Source of the DNA: a virus
Virus record (IMG/VR): IMGVR_UViG_3300031957_002677
Coordinates: 1 to 64,000 of that record
Direction: 5' to 3' (one strand)
DNA length: 64,000 nt
Numbering within the stretch: the first letter of the stretch is position 1; the number at the start of each line of letters is the position of its first letter. The position numbers were made by a program, and so were the translations under genes. The notes beneath the pieces are model-generated. The model was not told the DNA's origin. It was given only the letters and a program-made list of their open reading frames with translations, and ran no database searches. Shown piece by piece: positions 21,118 through 29,605 of this stretch.

Positions 21118-21172
21118 ATAATACACGGAAACAGACCCCGATCAACCGACCCTGTGACACTTCGGCAACTGG
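21118..21172 (-). promoter_or_regulatory. Repeated early-promoter element copy 1
   Basis: Imperfect palindrome CCAGTT-N4-AAGTGTCAC, then TTGATC-16-TATTAT and conserved leader AGAGTCAAAGGAACAC. Confidence 0.7.
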
Positions 21173-21200
21173 TTTTAATTCTCTATACTTTCCTCACAGA

Positions 21201-21368
21201 TTACCAAAGTGAATCATACTTATTGGAGAGGTCCTCAATATAACTTTCTACCTTCTCTCCTCCTTGCAATTCAAATAACTTTTCCCAGTCAATCTGATGA
21301 GGATTAAAGTCATCCATTGCTTCAATCTCAAGAGTGATGCGATACTTTGTCTTCTGTGCGTAAGGCAT
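21201..21368 (-). CDS. Small acidic hypothetical protein (55 aa)
   Basis: Read by hand: MPYAQKTKYRITLEIEAMDDFNPHQIDWEKLF...; a perfect promoter lies upstream. Confidence 0.7.
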   Translation of the reverse strand: MPYAQKTKYRITLEIEAMDDFNPHQIDWEKLFELQGGEKVESYIEDLSNKYDSLW

Positions 21369-21396
21369 TGTTCTTCGTTGAAATGAGGACTCTGTT

Positions 21397-21425
21397 ATTA
21401 TAGTTCATTCTGAGACTGATGTCAA
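21397..21425 (-). promoter_or_regulatory. Consensus sigma70 promoter
   Basis: TTGACA-17 bp-TATAAT. Confidence 0.8.
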
Positions 21426-21497
21426 GAATGTTATAATGCAATTTCAGAATGTTAAAGAATATTTATATCAGGGTTTTCATATTTTTTTATCTGGGTG

Positions 21498-21526
21498 TTG
21501 ACATTTTCTGCAAATCCTGATAGACT
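21498..21526 (+). promoter_or_regulatory. Plus-strand sigma70 promoter firing into non-coding DNA
   Basis: TTGACA-17 bp-TAGACT with TGn extension. Confidence 0.65.
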
Positions 21527-21529
21527 GCA

Positions 21530-21750
21530 AGTTAAGATGACTATAAGAGAAGGCATTTAATAGGCATATAAGACTATAAGATCAGGCATTTAGAAGGATT
21601 AAAAGGGAATAAGATCATACATTTACATCATTGTTTTCCACAGATAATATCACAATAACAGGGATTATACACAGTTTAAGTATACTTTTCCACAGGGTTG
21701 TTGAAAACCTATAAACATCTCATATACATTTAAAATAACATTTATAATTG
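21530..21750. other. Candidate replication origin: direct repeats plus DnaA-box cluster
   Basis: Two GACTATAAGAnnAGGCATTTA repeats; TTTTCCACA at 21634 and 21686, TTATACACA at 21665, inverted TTTTCAACA at 21699-21707; AT-rich flank; no ORF. Confidence 0.5.
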
Positions 21751-21856
21751 AATTTAATCAAATAATGGTATAATTTCAGTGTTTTTACACCCTAATTCCT
21801 TTACATAACGTTCCCAGAGCATTGCATCTCTTACATCAAAGAATGTTGCTTCTTGC

Positions 21857-22093
21857 TTACTCCAATACCCTGATTTCTTCTCTTTCTTGTATACTACACT
21901 GAAACGATTGATCATTGTCATAATGTCGAATAACTCCTGCAATAATAAAGCAATTGGTAATCAGATAAGAGATAAAGATAACTGTTCTAAGTAATGCAAT
22001 ATAATTATCATATTCATTTGTTTTATCATCAGAGAATGATCCTAATGAATACTTCCATATTGTCCAGAGTTTGTGTATATTAAGCATATACAA
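21857..22093 (-). CDS. Small membrane protein
   Basis: WKYSLGSFSD motif followed by one hydrophobic helix. Confidence 0.65.
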   Translation of the reverse strand: MYMLNIHKLWTIWKYSLGSFSDDKTNEYDNYIALLRTVIFISYLITNCFIIAGVIRHYDNDQSFQCSIQEREEIRVLE

Positions 22094-22604
22094 TATTCAG
22101 TGTCATTCTTAAGTTTTCATCTGTTGAATTAGTTCCCATATGTTCATAAGTATTAGGAAAGAGAATTGCTCTATTTGCTTTACTTTGAACTCTCTTGATT
22201 CTACCTTGTTCATCTCTTATCTGTGTATATCCATTATTATCATTTAACATCAGAATACAAATTTTTAATGATGGGGCAGGGAATGATTGTCCTTCCTTTG
22301 TATCATTATCAATGACATCAATATGATATGGTTTTTCTTTCAATGTGCATCCTTTTAATGTACCATTGACCTTTACTCTTACAATTGAATATAGATCATC
22401 GATTGTATGAATAACGGGCAGGATATCATCAAAGAATTCAGATTGTGGTTGGTATTCATTATAAAAGACATGTACTAATTGAGGAATATCATCATCTTCA
22501 TAAACAGAATAATCTTCATACTCCCATGGAATTTGTTTAGGAATATAACTCATCATTTCTGATAAGTGTTCCTTTGGTATAAAATTATCAATAACTTGTA
22601 TCAT
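22080..22604 (-). CDS. Putative 2OG-Fe(II) oxygenase
   Basis: VIDNF...YHID...ILMLNDNNGYT...SKANRAILFP...H.GT...RMTLNI. Confidence 0.75.
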   Translation of the reverse strand: MIQVIDNFIPKEHLSEMMSYIPKQIPWEYEDYSVYEDDDIPQLVHVFYNEYQPQSEFFDDILPVIHTIDDLYSIVRVKVNGTLKGCTLKEKPYHIDVIDNDTKEGQSFPAPSLKICILMLNDNNGYTQIRDEQGRIKRVQSKANRAILFPNTYEHMGTNSTDENLRMTLNIVYA

Positions 22605-22874
22605 CTATATCTCCCTTACATATACATCCATTTCTTCTAATGTTTTACCATACTTATTCCTTCTTGTATGAACATACTCCAAATCTTTCCAGAATGGAGG
22701 ATGGCACAATAATAAGGTATGAATATACTTATGCTTCTCATTCTTCGTATACTCACAATTAGGTTTTGGTTTAATACCTGTTTCAATTGTAATGTATAAA
22801 TCATCAACAAAATAAACCCATCCACATTGATCTTTCCATATTACATAATCATCAATTTGTGGTTTATATGTCAT
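22605..22874 (-). CDS. Hypothetical protein
   Basis: 89 aa, abuts both neighbours. Confidence 0.7.
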   Translation of the reverse strand: MTYKPQIDDYVIWKDQCGWVYFVDDLYITIETGIKPKPNCEYTKNEKHKYIHTLLLCHPPFWKDLEYVHTRRNKYGKTLEEMDVYVREI

Positions 22875-23200
22875 GAGTAGAGAGCACTTTCTAATGGATT
22901 GAGATTAAGTTGCATCGATGTGTAAGGACTCGTACTATTAACTGAGACCTCTTTACCTATCTTATTTGAGTTGATGGGGGCATGGTAAGTGTTCTGATTG
23001 CCTCTCTTCTTTGTTGATCTTGTTTTGACAAATCCCCAGATGGTCCGAACAAGTTGATCATCATCACGAAAAACATACCGACGATGATGTAATAACCAAA
23101 TCGAAACAGTGCTAGCATTGTGTTGTTCAACTAAGTAAGAATAACCTTCTGGTGGTGAATGTGGAAAGTCAGATGGGAGTTCTAAGGTCATCAAAGTCAC
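22871..23200 (-). CDS. Hypothetical protein
   Basis: 109 aa, tightly packed in the operon. Confidence 0.7.
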   Translation of the reverse strand: MTLMTLELPSDFPHSPPEGYSYLVEQHNASTVSIWLLHHRRYVFRDDDQLVRTIWGFVKTRSTKKRGNQNTYHAPINSNKIGKEVSVNSTSPYTSMQLNLNPLESALYS

Positions 23201-23396
23201 TATCAGTTGGTGATAAATTACCGATCATAAAATCATGAATTTCACTTGTCTTTTCATAATTGTCAAGTGCATCATCTTTTAAGACCTTTGATTCAGATAA
23301 TAACATCTCAAAGATTTGTACTGGTTCGATGTTATGATCTAAACAATCTTTGAACCAATGTTTGATTTGAATACGAAGTGATTCGGTTGGTGTCAT
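23169..23396 (-). CDS. Hypothetical protein
   Basis: 75 aa, tightly packed. Confidence 0.6.
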   Translation of the reverse strand: MTPTESLRIQIKHWFKDCLDHNIEPVQIFEMLLSESKVLKDDALDNYEKTSEIHDFMIGNLSPTDSDFDDLRTPI

Positions 23397-23518
23397 TACA
23401 GAAACTCCGCAATGTAGTAATCAACAGTGATCTCTAATCGTTCAGCATCTTGTTCAGAATACTCGATCAATTTCTCAAGTTCAGCAACTTCGAGTTCATA
23501 CAACTTTTCAGTCTTCAT
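23396..23518 (-). CDS. Small hypothetical protein (40 aa)
   Basis: Read by hand, ends ...AERLEITVDYYIAEFL; overlapping start/stop codons with neighbours. Confidence 0.6.
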   Translation of the reverse strand: MKTEKLYELEVAELEKLIEYSEQDAERLEITVDYYIAEFL

Positions 23519-23655
23519 AATACAGCAGTGACAGAAATTACAGTGGCATTAGGATTACGTGCAAGAGCAACTTGTCTTGCTTCTGAATAGTTACGGGCAA
23601 TGACTTCTTCCTTAAAGACAGTACCCGCAACAAATAACTTAACCTCGCACCTCAT
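23515..23655 (-). CDS. Small hypothetical protein (46 aa)
   Basis: Read by hand: MRCEVKLFVAGTVFKEEVIARNYSEARQVALARNPNATVISVTAVL. Confidence 0.7.
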   Translation of the reverse strand: MRCEVKLFVAGTVFKEEVIARNYSEARQVALARNPNATVISVTAVL

Positions 23656-23771
23656 AACTTGAAAGCAATTTGTTAAACAGTGCAGGTGTTCTCACTGAGA
23701 ATTGATCCTCACAATCTTTTTGCTCCTCAATAGTCATCAACTGAAGTGCAGTCATCAGAACATTTAACTCA

Positions 23772-23960
23772 TCAGATGTGAGTTTGACTTTTGTGAATGA
23801 AACGGTCGAACTTTTCAATTTGATAACCCTCTTTGAGTGCTTGGTTAATAATACTCGAATACGAGTGTGATGTCAATGGGATGTATCTGTGGACCAGAAA
23901 ATCCTCACAATCTTCTGAAAGTGCTTCTAATTCGTGATGATTAAGTGTATCAAGATCCAT
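23772..23960 (-). CDS. Hypothetical protein
   Basis: 62 aa, co-oriented. Confidence 0.55.
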   Translation of the reverse strand: MDLDTLNHHELEALSEDCEDFLVHRYIPLTSHSYSSIINQALKEGYQIEKFDRFIHKSQTHI

Positions 23961-24153
23961 ATAAGAATGTTTTGATGTTCACACTAATTATACCACTTAT
24001 TAAATCAGTAATCATAATCAGCAGACAAATATTCATTCATGTTAAACTCTTTCTCATCCGCAATCTCTGGGATGTCATAGATTTCAGCAGGAAGATCCAT
24101 GATTTCACGAATCTTTGCATCTTCATAATATGCTTCAGTGTAGTTCATTTGAA

Positions 24154-24336
24154 TTAACCTCCGAACATTTCATCGAACAATTGTTGCCCAGACTTGAACT
24201 CATCCATGCGTTCTTGTGATTCTTTACGCATAAGTTCAACCTTATCTGAACACTCGTTGACCTTATCTGTCAGTCTCAGTAGTTCATCACCTGAGAGAGT
24301 TGAACACATTGAACCGTTTGGACCTTTGAATAACAT
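24154..24336 (-). CDS. Hypothetical protein
   Basis: 60 aa, co-oriented. Confidence 0.6.
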   Translation of the reverse strand: MLFKGPNGSMCSTLSGDELLRLTDKVNECSDKVELMRKESQERMDEFKSGQQLFDEMFGG

Positions 24337-24377
24337 TGGTTTGCGAATAGAAAGATTGGAAAGTTGTTCTTTAATAT

Positions 24378-24581
24378 TCAGTTTGATGCCTCAGAATATA
24401 CATCATAGAATAAATCAAATGCAAGTTCATCACCTGCAAAAGAGTTGATTTCTGCCTGATCACATACCCAATCAAATGCCATATCAAGGTCAGCACCTGT
24501 TTCAATCACAAAGGATTGTAAACCACGGATCGCATCGACGAATTTGGAGTTGTTGAGAAGCATTGGATTTGTTTTGTTCAT
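24378..24581 (-). CDS. Early hypothetical protein
   Basis: ATG lies 6 nt after the -10 box of promoter element 2. Confidence 0.7.
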   Translation of the reverse strand: MNKTNPMLLNNSKFVDAIRGLQSFVIETGADLDMAFDWVCDQAEINSFAGDELAFDLFYDVYSEASN

Positions 24582-24587
24582 ACAGAC

Positions 24588-24646
24588 AGTATGGCAGATT
24601 TTGGGGGCAATTGCAAGGCAGAATGGACACCTTGCTCACTGGCACA
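24588..24646 (-). promoter_or_regulatory. Repeated early-promoter element copy 2
   Basis: TGTGCCAGT...AGGTGTCCAT-6-TTGCAA-17-CATACT. Confidence 0.7.
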
Positions 24647-24647
24647 A

Positions 24648-24842
24648 TCAATAATGATGCTTACTGCCTCTATAGTTAAAGTCATCCATTGGGTCAGATG
24701 GGTTCTCTAATGAATAATTAACAGCATTGTCCCAATCACCACGAGCAATGTCATTTAGGACATTAAGAATATCTACCTGCGTTTCTGTGTTCTCATCCAG
24801 AATCTGAATGTATGCGTTGAATGTTTCTTGAGTGACTGTCAT
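24648..24842 (-). CDS. Hypothetical protein
   Basis: 64 aa. Confidence 0.6.
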   Translation of the reverse strand: MTVTQETFNAYIQILDENTETQVDILNVLNDIARGDWDNAVNYSLENPSDPMDDFNYRGSKHHY

Positions 24843-24885
24843 TGTGTGTGAATTAGTGAGTGAATGAGTAAGAGTTAATTAGTGA

Positions 24886-25173
24886 TCAGAGTTCTGCCAT
24901 CATTTCATTCATTTCATCATAGTTGATTGCAGGGTCATTCCATGCAACATTGTCTCCAGTCTTTTGGAGAAACTTACCAATTGTTCCATCCATCATGCAA
25001 CGGACAAACTTATCATAAGGTGTCTCATTTGAATCGCAATATGTTACACATGCCTTAGCAGTGTTATAAAGGAACTCCTGATTACTGATCCAAAGTGATG
25101 CATTCCAGGTTTCATAGTTTGACCAACCGTTGTAAGTTTCGTTTGAGGTCATGGTGGTTTGTTTGATTTCCAT
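24886..25173 (-). CDS. Early hypothetical protein (YNGWSNYETWN motif)
   Basis: Start moved to MEIKQTT (25173) because the longer ORF runs through the promoter. Confidence 0.75.
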   Translation of the reverse strand: MEIKQTTMTSNETYNGWSNYETWNASLWISNQEFLYNTAKACVTYCDSNETPYDKFVRCMMDGTIGKFLQKTGDNVAWNDPAINYDEMNEMMAEL

Positions 25174-25179
25174 ACTGTT

Positions 25180-25239
25180 AGTATGGCACAGGATCAGGGT
25201 CTTTGGGGGCAAGAGTGGACACTTTGACCAACTGGCACA
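25180..25239 (-). promoter_or_regulatory. Repeated early-promoter element copy 3
   Basis: TGTGCCAGTTGGTCAAAGTGTCCAC...GTGCCATACT. Confidence 0.7.
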
Positions 25240-25240
25240 G

Positions 25241-25441
25241 TCATCCGTGATTTTCCATAAATTCGTCTAATGTGTAACCTTCATCAGTTGATGTTTCTTC
25301 AATCAATTCCTCCAATGAATAACATTCAAGTTTCAAACGATACTCTTCGGGAGTATCATCTTCTGGGTCATAATCATCATGACAAAGATAATCCCATTCG
25401 TGAACAAGTGCATCAATCAATTGTTCTTTAGTGTAGTTCAT
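25241..25441 (-). CDS. Acidic hypothetical protein
   Basis: 66 aa. Confidence 0.65.
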   Translation of the reverse strand: MNYTKEQLIDALVHEWDYLCHDDYDPEDDTPEEYRLKLECYSLEELIEETSTDEGYTLDEFMENHG

Positions 25442-25707
25442 AACTTACCACTTACAAATGCGTCACCAACAATATAACTGTGATCATCTAATGTACCATC
25501 TTGTTCACACTTAAGATGCCATCGTGTCATGTTCACAACATTATCCTTTCCAAGACCAGTTAACATTTTACGACCTTGTTTTGTCGTTGTTGAGTGTAAT
25601 CCAAACCGAGTCTCCCAGACATAGAAACAATCATCGATCAATTCTGCATCATCTGGAATACCCATCTCTCGCAGTTTTGCTACGTCTAACATTTCTTCGT
25701 GTGTCAT
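25438..25707 (-). CDS. Hypothetical protein
   Basis: Likely start MTHEEML after a GGAGG RBS. Confidence 0.65.
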   Translation of the reverse strand: MTHEEMLDVAKLREMGIPDDAELIDDCFYVWETRFGLHSTTTKQGRKMLTGLGKDNVVNMTRWHLKCEQDGTLDDHSYIVGDAFVSGKL

Positions 25708-25991
25708 TTTACCTCCAATAATTCTTGTTGCATTACCATATATTGCTCCTCTGTTGCTTCTTCTACTGCATCTTGAATTGCTGTATAAATGTAATCGCAA
25801 TCACCAACTTGATAGAAAATGTTTTCGGCAAGTTCACGATTGTCTAATGCAACATATTCTGGATTACCATCATCATCAGTCAAATAGCAATCTTCAGCAG
25901 TGTAAATCCATGCCGAACAGGGTGCATCTTCTCCCTGAACTTCGATCAGTTTGTTGACACGTTCTTGAAGTTGCTTGAGAGTGTAATTCAT
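25704..25991 (-). CDS. Acidic hypothetical protein
   Basis: 95 aa. Confidence 0.7.
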   Translation of the reverse strand: MNYTLKQLQERVNKLIEVQGEDAPCSAWIYTAEDCYLTDDDGNPEYVALDNRELAENIFYQVGDCDYIYTAIQDAVEEATEEQYMVMQQELLEVK

Positions 25992-26033
25992 GATTTAGTC
26001 CTAATTTGGATGAGATTTGGAGTTAGTTAGGAG

Positions 26034-26201
26034 TTAAAAGACGTTTGTCCATCTTTCGTGCTGTATTCTGGTGATTCTACCATCATCAAGTAGATTATCA
26101 CAGACACGACAGAAAACATCGAACTTTTCTAATCTTGTCATGTTAGAGTCAATGCCAGTTGCAGTTTTTCCAACGACTTTGAGAACTTGATGTTTGAGCA
26201 T
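26034..26201 (-). CDS. Hypothetical protein
   Basis: Likely start MLKHQVL. Confidence 0.6.
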   Translation of the reverse strand: MLKHQVLKVVGKTATGIDSNMTRLEKFDVFCRVCDNLLDDGRITRIQHERWTNVF

Positions 26202-26205
26202 GATG

Positions 26206-26385
26206 TTAGTTAGTGACGTAGGTTTGTGCGATTGCATCAGACTTGAATCGTCTGCATAACTTAAACAACAGTTTTAAGTCATCCTTAATCACATATCGGA
26301 ACGAGGATGATTCAATCACAAAGTTACCATCTTCCAACCATACTTGTGGGAGTTTCTTTTTGTAGATCGGGAAGTCAGTTGGCAT
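26206..26385 (-). CDS. Hypothetical protein
   Basis: Likely start MPTDFPI. Confidence 0.6.
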   Translation of the reverse strand: MPTDFPIYKKKLPQVWLEDGNFVIESSSFRYVIKDDLKLLFKLCRRFKSDAIAQTYVTN

Positions 26386-26389
26386 GATG

Positions 26390-26557
26390 TTAGTTGATGG
26401 GGAAGTTGGTGCAGACTGCATCACATAGAATGCGAGTTAAATCATCACGTTCTCCCTGATATTGTTCAAGATGATCGTTGAAAAATCCATCAACAATAGC
26501 ATCAATGTCTTCCATCAATTGTTCTCTTTGTGATAACATTTCGAGTTGATCGTTCAT
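26390..26557 (-). CDS. Small hypothetical protein (55 aa)
   Basis: Read by hand: MNDQLEMLSQREQLMEDIDAIVD...ILCDAVCTNFPIN. Confidence 0.65.
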   Translation of the reverse strand: MNDQLEMLSQREQLMEDIDAIVDGFFNDHLEQYQGERDDLTRILCDAVCTNFPIN

Positions 26558-26594
26558 TTGAAGAGTGTGGAATAGGATTTGATAAGTGACATAA

Positions 26595-26849
26595 TCACCA
26601 ACGAGTTTGAATCAGTGCAGAGTTGAAAAGTTGTGGTTCTGTATGAAGATCAGTCACTTCATAGTTGTAACCATAAACACGATTGTCAACCTCTTTTTCA
26701 AACGATTCTTTGTTGATGTAGGACTTAGATTGCATGTCATTAGCAAATGTAACCGTCTTATACATTAGACGCTCACTGATACTTCCATCAGCATATTTGA
26801 CGGGGTAGAAGTCAACAACCATGTTTCCGTGCTGTGCTGTGAGTTGCAT
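26595..26849 (-). CDS. Early hypothetical protein
   Basis: 84 aa behind promoter element 4. Confidence 0.75.
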   Translation of the reverse strand: MQLTAQHGNMVVDFYPVKYADGSISERLMYKTVTFANDMQSKSYINKESFEKEVDNRVYGYNYEVTDLHTEPQLFNSALIQTRW

Positions 26850-26878
26850 CGGGTTGAATCCGTTTCTTTGACTCTTTA

Positions 26879-26937
26879 ATAATACACGAGATCGGGGTCA
26901 AATCAAGCAATGGTGGACACTTTGACCAACTGTCACA
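26879..26937 (-). promoter_or_regulatory. Repeated early-promoter element copy 4
   Basis: TGTGACAGTTGGTCAAAGTGTCCAC-6-TTGATT-16-TATTAT. Confidence 0.75.
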
Positions 26938-27490
26938 AGGGCAGCACTGCTCTTGATTGTTGTTGTTTTGGAACTTGAAGTTCTTCCATTATAATTTGCT
27001 TGGGTAAAAAGTTCCAACAATAGTAACTACTACTGAATGTAATCTTGTCGTTTGGTCTACCATCAGGAGAGTGAAACTTCATCCTCTTATCAAACATCAA
27101 CAGTTGTAGATCCTTATCCTTAAACAACTGTTTCGGTGCAGAATCATTCAACCAAGTGTTAGTCATAATCAACGCAAATGGTTTATTAAATGATAATGCA
27201 CGTTCAAAAAACTTACGTTTGTTTGTGAATGGTGGATTGGATACAATCACATCCCAATGCACTTCAGGTTCCCAAGTTAGGAAGTCTTGACCAGTATCAA
27301 GATGTGACATTACAATTTGATTAGTCTGACCAATTTGCTGAACAAACTGACTCTCAACTTTATCGAATGGACACCAAACAATAGCATCCTCTGGGATGTA
27401 CTTCAGGATGGGAGTAACACCATATTCAGGTGTATATGCTTCATCACCACCACCGTGACCATATGCCAGTTTTTTACTATCAATACTCAT
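26933..27490 (-). CDS. Putative DNA amino (N6-adenine) methyltransferase
   Basis: DEAYTP, VWCPFD, DFL and IVSNPPF (motif IV). Confidence 0.75.
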   Translation of the reverse strand: MSIDSKKLAYGHGGGDEAYTPEYGVTPILKYIPEDAIVWCPFDKVESQFVQQIGQTNQIVMSHLDTGQDFLTWEPEVHWDVIVSNPPFTNKRKFFERALSFNKPFALIMTNTWLNDSAPKQLFKDKDLQLLMFDKRMKFHSPDGRPNDKITFSSSYYCWNFLPKQIIMEELQVPKQQQSRAVLPL

Positions 27491-27491
27491 A

Positions 27492-28001
27492 TCAACCTAA
27501 AATACATGTGCCAACAGCATAAATCTCTTTCTTACTAATTGTAGCAGAAAGACGGGGATCTTTGTGGTTTCCATTGATTTTTCTAGTCCAATCTTTCTTC
27601 AACTTAGGAAGAAGAATTGAAAGAACGTCATCACCACTTAATCTCCACACTTCTACCACTTTACCGTCCTCATATCGTGCAATGAAGTGATTATCATACT
27701 TACCAATTTTATTGTTGATAAGATAATCTTCCTGATCTTCCCAAGTGTCTTGAACACTAATACCATTATATGTGCCATTGATGTTTTTGGCAATAGTAGA
27801 TTTATATTCTAAAGGTTTGCCATCTTTATCAAAAGCATCCGCACCACTGTAATCATCTGCTACAGTATGACCCAGCAATCCTGCTAAGTGAATCTCACGG
27901 GATCGAGCATATGAGAAAGGATCACCCCAACCTTGTTCTCCACAAAGTGAATACATCTCTTCAAACAGTTGTTGAAACTTTTGTTCGGGTGTCATAATCA
28001 A
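27492..28001 (-). CDS. PD-(D/E)xK endonuclease, PvuII-like
   Basis: GADAFD...LEYKS catalytic motif; size and motif order resemble R.PvuII; adjacent to the methyltransferase. Confidence 0.6.
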   Translation of the reverse strand: MIMTPEQKFQQLFEEMYSLCGEQGWGDPFSYARSREIHLAGLLGHTVADDYSGADAFDKDGKPLEYKSTIAKNINGTYNGISVQDTWEDQEDYLINNKIGKYDNHFIARYEDGKVVEVWRLSGDDVLSILLPKLKKDWTRKINGNHKDPRLSATISKKEIYAVGTCILG

Positions 28002-28180
28002 TAAGAATAGGTTGAGAGGTTACGAGCAGGAACGTGATAACTATTGTCAGGTTTGTTTGCATCGAAAACCCATACTAGTTCATCATCGGATGCTTTGTAA
28101 ACATCCATGGCAAACATAGGAACAAGTTTGACCATCAGAGCACCCCAGTGGTATTCGGTTTCAAAGTCGAGAGTCAGCAT
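27998..28180 (-). CDS. Early hypothetical protein
   Basis: Likely start MLTLDFE behind promoter element 5. Confidence 0.6.
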   Translation of the reverse strand: MLTLDFETEYHWGALMVKLVPMFAMDVYKASDDELVWVFDANKPDNSYHVPARNLSTYSY

Positions 28181-28203
28181 AGGTCTGTTGCTTTGACTCT
28201 TTA

Positions 28204-28262
28204 ATAATACACGATTTTGGGGTGCTGTGGTGGTTTGGTGGACACTTTGACCAACTGGCACA
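28204..28262 (-). promoter_or_regulatory. Repeated early-promoter element copy 5
   Basis: TGTGCCAGTTGGTCAAAGTGTCCAC...CGTGTATTATTAAAGAGTCAAAG; weak -35. Confidence 0.7.
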
Positions 28263-28276
28263 CCCAGACTTTAATT

Positions 28277-28507
28277 CTATTCTCTTTCGAGTGTAAGATC
28301 GGGTGCGAAGAATATCTCTACACCACCATCTTGAGGGTCTTGACCATCAACAATCCACTCTTCATAGCAAGCAATTGCATCAAAGTTGCGGTTATCTGCT
28401 GCACAAGTTGTCATTGCTTTGAAGTAAGTCTCTCCCATAGCATCAATCAATTCATCATTATCATTGCTCTGGTTGAATGTGAAAAGGTCCAAAGTGGTGT
28501 TAAACAT
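28277..28507 (-). CDS. Hypothetical protein
   Basis: 76 aa. Confidence 0.65.
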   Translation of the reverse strand: MFNTTLDLFTFNQSNDNDELIDAMGETYFKAMTTCAADNRNFDAIACYEEWIVDGQDPQDGGVEIFFAPDLTLERE

Positions 28508-28509
28508 GT

Positions 28510-28836
28510 TTAGTTAGTGAATTGGTTGAAGAGAATAGATTCTAAAGAATATGCTTCGTTTTCTCTCTCTTCGTCATCAAATTGTCCACTCTCATTTTGA
28601 ACAACGTGAACTAATTCGTGCAGCAATGTGGTGATATAGTCCTTTTCATTCAGATCATTGTGAATCTGAACAAATTGCTCATCACCATTAACCTCAGTAA
28701 ATCCAAAGGCATTATCATCACTTAGGTCAGTGTGATAAACCTCAACGTCACTGTCAATCTCGTATTTGGTTGTAAAGAATTCAAACACACTTTGAGTGAG
28801 GTGAGTGTGTTGAGACTTGCCAGAGGTGAATAACAT
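28510..28836 (-). CDS. Small HExxH zinc-metallopeptidase-like protein
   Basis: TLLHELVHVVQ...ENEAY zincin motif. Confidence 0.65.
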   Translation of the reverse strand: MLFTSGKSQHTHLTQSVFEFFTTKYEIDSDVEVYHTDLSDDNAFGFTEVNGDEQFVQIHNDLNEKDYITTLLHELVHVVQNESGQFDDEERENEAYSLESILFNQFTN

Positions 28837-29078
28837 CAGTAGGAAACTGCGAAAGTGTTGTTAAGTTTGTCTTGAGTTACTGTCTCCTTGCCAGACAACA
28901 TGCTGAATTGATCATACAAAATCCAGGCATCTGCGTCTTCTGAAATAACAGCAAAACCGAAACATCCTGCCATTGGCATCATGTATTTGCCATGATTTTC
29001 TGCCTGTTTGAGTGATGAAAATCCACGGGCAGTGATTGTCCAATCCTTACCAAAGTAAGCACAGATGAAGTCTTGCAT
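28836..29078 (-). CDS. Early hypothetical protein
   Basis: 80 aa behind promoter element 6. Confidence 0.7.
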   Translation of the reverse strand: MQDFICAYFGKDWTITARGFSSLKQAENHGKYMMPMAGCFGFAVISEDADAWILYDQFSMLSGKETVTQDKLNNTFAVSY

Positions 29079-29102
29079 GGGTTGAATTCCTTTGACTCCT
29101 AT

Positions 29103-29161
29103 AGAATACAGGAAAACGAGTCCAGATCAACCGATAGTGGACACTTCGACCAACTGTCCAC
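29103..29161 (-). promoter_or_regulatory. Repeated early-promoter element copy 6 (best palindrome)
   Basis: GTGGACAGTT-ggtcg-AAGTGTCCAC-6-TTGATC-16-TATTCT. Confidence 0.75.
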
Positions 29162-29266
29162 CAGTCAGAGCAAGGGATCTCAAGGTGATATAAACTGATT
29201 TTTCCATATTTTAATCTGAAATGGGCATCAGGTCATCCCCAACAACAAAACTATGGAAAAATCAAT

Positions 29267-29602
29267 TTACTTATCCCACCAGTGTCGAGTTTTGTCTGCA
29301 ATCCACCCCAAACCACAAATTGCTGCGATGGGTACAATAATCCACCAGAACTCCATGATCAACCAAGTTACAAAAACTATGCAACCAAGTATAAACCATC
29401 CACCCATATCTCCTGCGGAAGATATAAAGGAAGAACTCTGACCATCTTCAAGTGAACCTACTTCTACAAGATTAGAAATAGATTCTGCACCATAAATGTA
29501 TCTAAATTGTTTTTCAGCACCAGAATAACTACTAGAATTAACTTCTAAAGTTTGATATCCACCTTCAGACCCCAACCAACATTTTGCACGATAAGTTGCC
29601 AT
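29267..29602 (-). CDS. Membrane protein
   Basis: C-terminal Trp-rich hydrophobic hairpin. Confidence 0.7.
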   Translation of the reverse strand: MATYRAKCWLGSEGGYQTLEVNSSSYSGAEKQFRYIYGAESISNLVEVGSLEDGQSSSFISSAGDMGGWFILGCIVFVTWLIMEFWWIIVPIAAICGLGWIADKTRHWWDK

Positions 29603-29605
29603 CAG

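Noticed and set aside
22080-22604. DNA-repair endonuclease call
   Set aside because: The HxD...H...R pattern fits a 2OG-Fe(II) oxygenase fold instead.
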